Shown here: piece after piece, positions 57,212 to 64,000 of the stretch
Position numbering within the stretch: position 1 is the stretch's first letter
Layout: the number at the start of each line of letters is the position of its first letter
Notes under the pieces: model-generated
Databases searched by the model: none
What the model was told of the DNA's origin: nothing
Seen by the model: only the letters and a program-made list of their open reading frames with translations
Origin: Pseudomonadota bacterium
GTDB lineage: Bacteria; Myxococcota_A; UBA796; GCA-2862545
Assembly (NCBI GenBank): GCA_947505245.1
Contig: CANNIZ010000002.1
Coordinates: 150,519 to 214,518 of the forward strand
Direction of reading: 5' to 3'
DNA: 64,000 nucleotides
Position numbers and translations under genes: made by a program

Positions 57212-58042
57212 TCAGCGAGGCGCGCGCGGGTAGAGCAGCCGCTCGGCGCTCGCGATCGGACCTTCGCTCGACAACAACGGCGCGATGGTGGGGTCGGCGA
57301 GGGCCGCGAAGTAGCTCATCGGCTCGCCATCCACGAGGACCGTGCTCGCGACGAGCCGGATGCCGTGGCTGTAGTCCGCGTACGTGGAGCCGTGGTACAG
57401 GCTGAGCGACTGGATGGGCTTGCCGTCCGACGTGTGCCAGCCGTAGATCGCCTCCTGGCCGGGCCGGTAGCGAAGCTCGTTGGTGAGCACGACGTCTTTG
57501 TTCGTGCCCGCGACGAGCTCGCCGGGCAGCCACGCGCCCGCACCACCCGTGTCGAGCTGCTCTTCGCGTTCGGCCGCCACGCGCGAATCGTGTTCGAGCA
57601 CGTACGCCATCGAGCGCATCTGGGAACCCGCCGGCAACGGGATCGGCTCGAGCCGCAGGACGGCCTCCTGGTAGATGGCGTCCACGACACGGGACGTCGG
57701 CAGCGCGAACCCCGTCGTACGCGCGATCTCCGCGGCGGTGAGGAAGTCGAGCGGCATCTGGACGTGGTCGTCGTCGCAGCCGACCGCGAGGTACTCGGGC
57801 GTCACGAACACCGTGACCTCGTGGGGGCCCGACGCAGAGGCGGTGCCTTCGATCGTGACGGGCACGAGGTCGCGCAGGAAGTCGGGCACGTTCCCGGCGA
57901 GGATCTGGTCGCGGGCGGCGGCGTAGCGACCCGCGTCATCGAGCGTCGCGATGCGAGCGGCGAACGCAGAGCCCGTCTCGGCGTCGGAAGGGCGAGGCGG
58001 CAACAAGAGCGGCAATGCCAGGATGGCAGGCACGATCGGCAT
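57212..58042 (-). CDS. hypothetical secreted protein
   Basis: Signal peptide MPIVPAILALPLLLPP. 276 aa. No family recognised. Confidence 0.45.
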   Translation of the reverse strand: MPIVPAILALPLLLPPRPSDAETGSAFAARIATLDDAGRYAAARDQILAGNVPDFLRDLVPVTIEGTASASGPHEVTVFVTPEYLAVGCDDDHVQMPLDFLTAAEIARTTGFALPTSRVVDAIYQEAVLRLEPIPLPAGSQMRSMAYVLEHDSRVAAEREEQLDTGGAGAWLPGELVAGTNKDVVLTNELRYRPGQEAIYGWHTSDGKPIQSLSLYHGSTYADYSHGIRLVASTVLVDGEPMSYFAALADPTIAPLLSSEGPIASAERLLYPRAPR

Positions 58043-58132
58043 GGGGCACCGTTGGGGAGGGAGGTTGCGGAGTGCCCGGGGAGGGCGTTGCCCTTGGGAA
58101 GGGCGCTTGGCCTGGGGAAGGCCAACGACAGT

Positions 58133-59125
58133 CTACCGCACATCCTTGCAACAGCGGAAGCCCAGGTGGTAGTTCCGGTGACTGTCATCGTCCATCACCC
58201 GCGTCCCATGCCAGAACGGGGCGCGCCAGCGGCACCAATCTTCGTGCGCGTGGTAGGTGTCGAAGATGAACCAGCTGCCCTTCATCTCGGTGACGCCGAG
58301 CTTGGTGCCGGCGCTGGCCATCTGGTCCGGCGCGAGCGGCAGGTTCATGTGCTCGGCCGCGTTGCCGTTCAGGTCGTACACGCCGAGCGCGCTGTGGCAG
58401 TCCGGGAACGCGCCTGTCGGGTAGGTGTTCGAGCCGCAAACGCGCCAGTCCGACCCGTCACATCCAGGCGACTTCTCGCCCGCCTGCGCGCACACGCCCG
58501 TGCGGTACGTCGGCCCGAAGCTCCACGTGTGCGTGTTCGGGTCTTTGTAGCGCGCGTTGTGCGCCGCGCGCATCGCGTTCACCGCGGTGACGTCGCTCTT
58601 TCCGGCGGCGAGTTCGAAGTCGTAATCGGGCGGCTGGAGCGAACCTGCGCACGCGCCCTCCCACTCGTGGGCGTCGCACAGCCGCTTCCCTTCGGCCTCG
58701 CAGAGCTCGGCGGCCTCCTTCGCGCGCGTCCACACCACCGGGTATTCACACGGGACGTCGGGAAATTCGAGCTGATCGATACACAGCTTCGCGTCTTCGG
58801 GCTTCTGGGTTGCCGGGTCGTACAGCGGCGCCATGTATGGCCCGCCGCAGATCTTCGCGAACTGCGGGTTGTCCCACGTGACACCGGCGGCGGCCTGGCG
58901 CGCGCGACACTCCTCGCGTGTCATCGGGTGCTGCGTGACGCTGTTCCCCTGCCCGAGCCGGTCCGACGCGAGCACGAGCACGGTGACCTCGACCTTCTGC
59001 GCGTCCGTCAGGTGATGCTCCGACGCGAGCGCGTCGATCACGGCGTGGGTCTCAGCCGCGCGGTCTCCCGCAGCGATCAGGAACACCACGCCCACCGCGA
59101 GCAGCCCGCGCGAACGTGCCCTCAC
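58133..59125 (-). CDS. secreted protein of the formylglycine-generating enzyme (FGE-sulfatase/SUMF1) domain family
   Basis: GTG start at 59125 with a signal peptide. A Cys-rich C-type-lectin-like fold ending ...GTRVMDDDSHRNYHLGFRCCKD, the FGE-sulfatase C-terminal signature. The long Arg-rich N-terminus in the track was rejected. Confidence 0.65.
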   Translation of the reverse strand: MRARSRGLLAVGVVFLIAAGDRAAETHAVIDALASEHHLTDAQKVEVTVLVLASDRLGQGNSVTQHPMTREECRARQAAAGVTWDNPQFAKICGGPYMAPLYDPATQKPEDAKLCIDQLEFPDVPCEYPVVWTRAKEAAELCEAEGKRLCDAHEWEGACAGSLQPPDYDFELAAGKSDVTAVNAMRAAHNARYKDPNTHTWSFGPTYRTGVCAQAGEKSPGCDGSDWRVCGSNTYPTGAFPDCHSALGVYDLNGNAAEHMNLPLAPDQMASAGTKLGVTEMKGSWFIFDTYHAHEDWCRWRAPFWHGTRVMDDDSHRNYHLGFRCCKDVR

Positions 59126-60963
59126 GGGGCGTCTTTCCGCAACACGTAGAAGAAGTCGCGGTTGTCGGCGAACCCGACGAACCGCTGGTACGCGCGCGAG
59201 CCCCGCTGGCGATCGAGCACCTCCATGCCGGTGATCAGGTGCCGCACGTCGAAGTCGCCTTTGCCGTCGGGGACGTCGATCGCGAGGTAGGTGTGCTCGA
59301 GCGCGTTCATGTCCATCAGCATCGCGTACGTGCAGCCGTAGCCCGACATCACGTGCGCCATGCCCGAAGGCGTCGCGCTCGAGAACCAGGAGTACAGCAA
59401 GTAGCGCCCGCGCGGCGTCTCCTGGATACACGCGCCGCTGCGTACGCTGCGGAAGTCGCCCTCGACCGACGACGCCCAGTTGCCCGCCGCGCGGTCCTTC
59501 ACGAGGTCGCCCGCGCGACCGAGGCCGGTGACCGGGTCCGGTTCGATGACGGGGACGCCGTTCTGCCGCGCGTGGCGGATTCGCGGCAGCGAGGCCGCGT
59601 CGTCTTCCGTCCAGGTCTTGAACTCGACGCGACCGTCGTCCCACACGATGAACGTGGCGTAGCCGGGCTGCAGCTTGGACAGCTCGAGGCCGTATTCGAC
59701 GAAGCCGTAGTGCTTGCCCTCGAGCGGGCCTTCGCGGAACGCGCCGTGCATGCGCTTGAAGCCGCCGACGAACGCGGCGGCGAACCGCGCCTGGTAGTAC
59801 GGGTCGAGCTCGCCGGTGCGCACGAGGGGATCGAGGGTTTCGAAGCCGTCAGGGCCGGGCCGCGTGAGGTCCTTTTGCTCGTCGGCGAGGCGCGCCGACC
59901 AGCTCACGCGCGGGTGATCCGTGCCCACCTCGTAGCCGAGATCGTAGGCGTCGAGGTCGATCGCGACGGTGTACACGAGCGCGGTCTGTTCGCCGTAGTC
60001 CAACGTGCGCGCGCGATCGCCGCTGCGCGCGAACACCGAGGGGTCGAGGAACTTGGCGGCGACGGCGCTGCCGTACATGCCGGGCACGTTCGTGATCGGG
60101 TACCACACGCCGACCTCGGCGCGCCCGAGCGGCATACCGTCCGCGGCGGTCCCGATCGGGGCGCCTTCGAGCGGCAACCCGAGATCGGGGGTATCGACGA
60201 TCCCGCCCACGTAGGTTGGCGAGATCAGCGCGGGCAGCGGTCCCACCGCGGCGGGCGCCTGCCCGGTGGATCCATCCAGCGTCGCGTCGCGCCGCTCGGA
60301 GTCCGCGAACAGCGTCGCCTTCACGGTGTTCGTGATCTGCTCGCCACCCCACACGTTGTCGCGCAGGAAGTCCGTGCTCCACTCGAGCGGCGTCTTCGCG
60401 CCCAGCGCCGGGTTGCGAACGTAGAACGCGCCATCGCAGACGGGCGCGTACACGCGCTTGGACGCGCGCGCGGCTTCGAGCGCGGACGGCGAGCCGCCCC
60501 ACAGATCGCACACGGTGCTGACTCCGTCGCGCGTGATCGCGACCCCGGCGCCGGACGGATCGAGCGCGAGGGTCTGCGCGACGCCGAGCGGGTTCTCGAG
60601 GTGGAACGTGTCGGGAACGCCGTCATGGTCAACCGTGACGAGGTGCCAGACGCCGATCGACGGGGCGAGATCGATGAGCGTGACCCCACCGAGGGACGAC
60701 GTCGTGCGGTACAGCGCCTGCTCGACGATGGACTTGGGGCCGATCGCTTCGTACGCCTCGCGCTGCTCCGCGGACGGCTCGAGCGTGTCCGCGTCCGGCG
60801 CCGTGTCGCGCACCTCGGCCACGGGCTCGACGGCGACGACCGCCGGCCGCTGGGGCGCCGGAGACGCCGGAGACGCCGGAGACGCCGGCGCTGGCGCAGC
60901 GGGCGGGACCTCCGTCCCACACCCTGCGAGCGCAAGCACCCCGACGATTCTGCCCGCGACCAT
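59122..60963 (-). CDS. hypothetical lipoprotein, 613 aa, translationally coupled to the downstream FGE-domain gene
   Basis: Start MVAGRIVGVLALAGCG (lipobox) with AGGAG 9 nt upstream of ATG 60963. A PASPASPASP linker. The stop TGA overlaps the GTG of the FGE gene (GTGA). Confidence 0.6.
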   Translation of the reverse strand: MVAGRIVGVLALAGCGTEVPPAAPAPASPASPASPAPQRPAVVAVEPVAEVRDTAPDADTLEPSAEQREAYEAIGPKSIVEQALYRTTSSLGGVTLIDLAPSIGVWHLVTVDHDGVPDTFHLENPLGVAQTLALDPSGAGVAITRDGVSTVCDLWGGSPSALEAARASKRVYAPVCDGAFYVRNPALGAKTPLEWSTDFLRDNVWGGEQITNTVKATLFADSERRDATLDGSTGQAPAAVGPLPALISPTYVGGIVDTPDLGLPLEGAPIGTAADGMPLGRAEVGVWYPITNVPGMYGSAVAAKFLDPSVFARSGDRARTLDYGEQTALVYTVAIDLDAYDLGYEVGTDHPRVSWSARLADEQKDLTRPGPDGFETLDPLVRTGELDPYYQARFAAAFVGGFKRMHGAFREGPLEGKHYGFVEYGLELSKLQPGYATFIVWDDGRVEFKTWTEDDAASLPRIRHARQNGVPVIEPDPVTGLGRAGDLVKDRAAGNWASSVEGDFRSVRSGACIQETPRGRYLLYSWFSSATPSGMAHVMSGYGCTYAMLMDMNALEHTYLAIDVPDGKGDFDVRHLITGMEVLDRQRGSRAYQRFVGFADNRDFFYVLRKDAP

Positions 60964-61066
60964 CACGACGGTCTCCTGTCAGTCCTATTATGCGCATCTC
61001 GCGAGGCATCGCATAGGGTCTGGAAACCGATTGGCCTATCTAACAGGTAAATCTATGAGAACTTCA

Positions 61067-61099
61067 GGTCACATATTTGTTGTGACCTTGACGCGTCAA
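61067..61099. promoter_or_regulatory. double palindrome GGTCACA-N7-TGTGACC (61067..61087) immediately followed by TTGACGCGTCAA (61088..61099), inside a ~130-bp AT-rich island upstream of the 60963 lipoprotein/FGE operon
   Basis: Read directly. TTGACG is a plausible -35 (on the minus strand) overlapped by the palindromes. The stop codon of the 61096..61611 gene lies inside the second palindrome. Confidence 0.5.
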
Positions 61100-61611
61100 C
61101 CTTTCTTTGGGGGCTTCTTCGCCTGATCGGCGAGGCCCTGAATCACGCCACCAAACAGCGACATCAGATCCAGCTTGAATTTCGCGGGCCGCGCGGCGTC
61201 CGGCTTCGCGCCGGGTTTGCGCACCGTCGGAGGTGGCGCGCCCGGGCCGTTCAGACCATCCAACAGCGACTGAACCTGACCCTGCACCGCAGTGACGGCC
61301 TCGAGCATCACGGGCACCCCATGGACTGCGAGCGATTGCTTATCGATGTTGAACATCATCTTTCCGTTCATGTCGGTCGCCGCGCTCTCCTTCATCACGC
61401 CGTAGATCGCCTTCTGAAACGACCGCCCGAGCGCCGTCTCGCTCGCGGCCTCGGTCACGCCCTCGTTGATGATCTCGTTGAGGGCCGCGGCGGCGGCTGT
61501 ACCGAGGCTGACGGGCATCTCGGCGATGCGCGCGAGGTCCGCGTACATCACGGCGAAGTCGGCCTCGAGCGGCCCGAGATCAACGGTCGTCTGCCCCGGT
61601 TCGTCGCTCAT
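61096..61611 (-). CDS. hypothetical protein with a Lys/Pro-rich C-terminus
   Basis: 171 aa. GC3-rich. Ends ...ADQAKKPPKKG. No family recognised. Confidence 0.5.
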   Translation of the reverse strand: MSDEPGQTTVDLGPLEADFAVMYADLARIAEMPVSLGTAAAAALNEIINEGVTEAASETALGRSFQKAIYGVMKESAATDMNGKMMFNIDKQSLAVHGVPVMLEAVTAVQGQVQSLLDGLNGPGAPPPTVRKPGAKPDAARPAKFKLDLMSLFGGVIQGLADQAKKPPKKG

Positions 61612-61620
61612 TTTTTCCGC

Positions 61621-62955
61621 CTAGAACTTGATCAAGTGGACCGCGCCCGCGAGGTTCTGCATCTGCCGTTCGGCGAGCATCTTCTCGAGCGTCGAGATCA
61701 GGCTGGTGTGGTCGATGTACCGCGCGGTGGTGCGCACCACCTCGACGATCACCTCATCGCAGATCAGCTCGAAGGCTTCGACGTCCTGGGCCCCGTCCAC
61801 GGCATGGGCCTGGAGGTACGCGTGCAGCCGCGGGTGACCGAAGAACAGGAAGCGGACACACGCGAGGTGCAGCCACAAGCGCAGCGTGAACACCATCAGA
61901 TCCGGCGAATTCGTCGGAAGGTGGTGGACCCACGCATGGAAGATGAAGTTCTGCAGACGCCGCTCGATGCGTGCGCCCGCCAGCGCCGTCGCGCGCGCGC
62001 GGCGCGACGAATATTCGGCCTGGATCGCGGCCGACATCGCCTGATCCGCAGTCGTCCCCTGCCGCTCCGACAGGTCCAGGTTCGCGTAGGTGTCGAACAC
62101 GGCCGCGACGAGGCGCCGAAATGCGGGGTGTCGACCGCCGAGGACGTCGTGCCGGACGAGCTCGCGCGCGACCAGCAGCACCGGCATTGCGGGGGTCTGT
62201 ATGGCGTCGAACCGCCGCCCGAGCTCGTCGAGGACCGAGGGCTCCTCGAGCCGGACAAACTCCTCGCGCACCCGGTCGAAGTCCCCTTTCGGCAGCGCCG
62301 TCGCGACGAGCGCCTGCGTTCGGTGAGCGAACAGCGAGAGCGCGAACAGCCGATGTGCGAACGGCCGCGAGGTGTCCGACAGGCGACGTCGCGCGAAGGC
62401 GCGGATCTCCGGCATGAGCCGCAGCGACGGGCGGATGTCGTGCGAGTCGACGCGATACGTCACCATCCTGCGGGGGACCATCTCGCGCTCGAGCGGGACC
62501 TGCTCGAAGGCGTCTTCGTGGAGCAGCACCTGCCGCGCGACCTCCGGGCACGAGATCGAGCCCGTCAGCTCCTTGCGCTTGTCGATCTGCACGACGCGGC
62601 GCGGATAGGCGGTGCACACGTCGGGGAGCAGGGCGGGGCCGAGCGTCGCATGGATATGGCATCGCCCGTCGGGCTCGAGCAGCACGCAGTTCCCATCTCC
62701 GTCAACCTTCAACATCTGCGGCGGAGGGCCAGGCGGCGAGCGCTTCTTTCCCGGCGCGTCGCGCCTGCGGTTCACCAACGCGGCGCGAATGCGCGCCCGA
62801 TCCGACCCATCGTTCCCAGCCGCCACGCGCAGCATCGCAGCGTGCTTCTCGTCGACGTCGATGCGCCAGCCCCCGCAACAGTGCTGCTCACACGCCGGAC
62901 CGATGCAGCGGAACCGGCTCATGAAGCGGAACGCGAAGTCCTCGGACTCACCCAT
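61621..62955 (-). CDS. YkgJ/FliB-like cysteine-cluster protein (CxxCxxCC putative metal-binding domain; flagellin lysine-N-methylase-like family)
   Basis: Start at MGESEDFAFRFMSRFRCIGPACEQHCCGGW (CxxCxxxCC). ~444 aa. The upstream part of the track ORF is antisense to the xanthine dehydrogenase gene and was rejected. Confidence 0.5.
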   Translation of the reverse strand: MGESEDFAFRFMSRFRCIGPACEQHCCGGWRIDVDEKHAAMLRVAAGNDGSDRARIRAALVNRRRDAPGKKRSPPGPPPQMLKVDGDGNCVLLEPDGRCHIHATLGPALLPDVCTAYPRRVVQIDKRKELTGSISCPEVARQVLLHEDAFEQVPLEREMVPRRMVTYRVDSHDIRPSLRLMPEIRAFARRRLSDTSRPFAHRLFALSLFAHRTQALVATALPKGDFDRVREEFVRLEEPSVLDELGRRFDAIQTPAMPVLLVARELVRHDVLGGRHPAFRRLVAAVFDTYANLDLSERQGTTADQAMSAAIQAEYSSRRARATALAGARIERRLQNFIFHAWVHHLPTNSPDLMVFTLRLWLHLACVRFLFFGHPRLHAYLQAHAVDGAQDVEAFELICDEVIVEVVRTTARYIDHTSLISTLEKMLAERQMQNLAGAVHLIKF

Positions 62956-64000
62956 GGAGGCTCGGTGCTCCAGCCGCGGAGCGGGCGCGCACGTCCATGA
63001 TCGCGCGAAGCACCGCCTCGGGCGTCGCCGGGAGCGCGAGCTCGATCTCGTGACCGGGCGAGGCAAACGCGCCGATCGCCTGCCGCAGCGCCGACACGAC
63101 GCCGATGCCGAGCATGAGCGGCGGCTCACCGACGGCCTTGCTGCCGTGGATGGTTCCGTCCTGTTCGACGTTCTCCAGCAGGTGCACGCGGAGATCGGCC
63201 GGGACATCACCGATCGTGGGGATCTTGTACGTGCTCGGCCCGTGCGTGACGAAGCGACCCCGCTTGTCGTACAGGCACTCCTCCATCGTGAGCCAGCCAA
63301 CGCCCTGCACGAACGCGCCCTCGACCTGCCCGAGGTCGATGCTCGGCACGAGGCTCTTTCCGACGTCCTGCAGCAGGTCCGCGCGCACGACGCGGTGCTC
63401 GCCGGTGAGGGCGTTCACCTCGACCTCGACGACCGAGGCCCCCCACGCGAAGTAGAAGAACGGCCGCCCGAAGCCCTTCTCGCGGTCGTACGCGAGGTCG
63501 GGCGTGGCGTAAAAGCCCGTCGACGACAGCGAGATCCGCCGCACCCAGCACGTGTTCGCGAGCTTCGCAAACGGCATCGACGGCCCGCCCGGCGCGCCGA
63601 CCTGCCCGTCGGCGAACACGAGGGCCGCGGCAGGGACGCCGAGCACCTCGGCGGCGACCACCGCCATGCGCTGGCGGATCTCGGCGCAGGCGTTGCGCAC
63701 CGCCCAGCCGTTCAAATCAGAGCCCGAGGAGGCCGCCGTCGCCGAGGTGTTCGGCACCTTGTCGGTCGCGGTGTCCATCGCGCGCACGGCGGACGCAGGC
63801 ACGCCGAGCTCATCACCGGCGATCGCGAGCATCTTCGTGTGCAGCCCCTGCCCCATCTCGATGCCGCCGTGGTTCATCTGCACGCTGCCGTCGGCGTACA
63901 CGAGCACGAGCGCGCCGGCCTGGTTGAGAAGCGTGGCAGTGAAGCTGATGCCGAATTTGACGGGCATGAACCCGAGCCCACGCTTGACGACAGAAGACGT
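62948..64000 (-). CDS. xanthine dehydrogenase / aldehyde oxidase family molybdopterin-binding subunit, C-terminal part (the N-terminus lies beyond the window end)
   Basis: HGGIEMGQGLHTKMLAIAGDELGVP, NTSATAASSGSDLNGWAV, GFGRPFFYFAWGASVVEVEVNALTGE are characteristic of the XdhB/CoxL C-terminal domains. The frame stays open to the window edge. Confidence 0.85.
   Translation of the reverse strand, partial: TSSVVKRGLGFMPVKFGISFTATLLNQAGALVLVYADGSVQMNHGGIEMGQGLHTKMLAIAGDELGVPASAVRAMDTATDKVPNTSATAASSGSDLNGWAVRNACAEIRQRMAVVAAEVLGVPAAALVFADGQVGAPGGPSMPFAKLANTCWVRRISLSSTGFYATPDLAYDREKGFGRPFFYFAWGASVVEVEVNALTGEHRVVRADLLQDVGKSLVPSIDLGQVEGAFVQGVGWLTMEECLYDKRGRFVTHGPSTYKIPTIGDVPADLRVHLLENVEQDGTIHGSKAVGEPPLMLGIGVVSALRQAIGAFASPGHEIELALPATPEAVLRAIMDVRARSAAGAPSLHG

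Noticed and set aside
59116-63000. Plus-strand ORFs 59116..61050 and 61321..63000
   Set aside because: Antisense to the lipoprotein, the 171-aa gene and the FliB-like gene. Arg/Glu/His-rich.

Overview
The window is ~70% GC and reads as a gene-dense chromosomal segment, most likely from a myxobacterium (Myxococcota). The evidence is a MYXO-CTERM-type sorting tail (Cys pair, hydrophobic stretch, Arg run) at 54540..54624, a choice-of-anchor-D-like lipoprotein, many lipobox lipoproteins, eukaryotic-like Ser/Thr kinase paralogues and an FHA domain. I support about 60 protein-coding genes. I see no rRNA, tRNA, CRISPR array, transposase or integrase.

Recognisable housekeeping content:
- speA (biosynthetic arginine decarboxylase)
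- typA/bipA
- a translationally coupled trpE-D-C-F-B-A operon, with a separate trpG/pabA-moaC-yihY unit
- hutI
- bpt (leucyl/arginyl-tRNA-protein transferase family)
- a pseudouridine synthase of the RluA family
- an orphan ABC ATPase
- the C-terminal part of a xanthine-dehydrogenase-family molybdopterin subunit, which runs off the 3' end of the window

The accessory content is mostly secreted or lipoprotein enzymes: a giant penicillin-acylase-family Ntn hydrolase, an M14 carboxypeptidase, a bilobed aspartic protease, a phosphoesterase, a lipase, an EEP-family nuclease/phosphatase, an FGE-sulfatase-domain protein, and an HExxH protein carrying the MYXO-CTERM tail.

The most unusual observations, all read directly from the translations, are a run of predicted dead-enzyme regulatory scaffolds:
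- two tandem membrane-anchored Ser/Thr pseudokinases that lack the catalytic-loop Asp
- an SDR-like Rossmann domain with degenerate NNAG and YxxxK motifs fused to a C-terminal FHA domain, apparently initiated at a CUG codon behind a perfect GGAGG
- a secreted caspase-fold protein that keeps the His but has no Cys anywhere in the domain, translationally coupled to a choice-of-anchor-D-like lipoprotein

Two sets of direct repeats sit upstream of trpG, and a double palindrome sits in a locally AT-rich promoter upstream of a lipoprotein/FGE operon.

Many of the long ORFs in the six-frame track are Arg/Ala-rich antisense artefacts of the high GC content. I rejected those.
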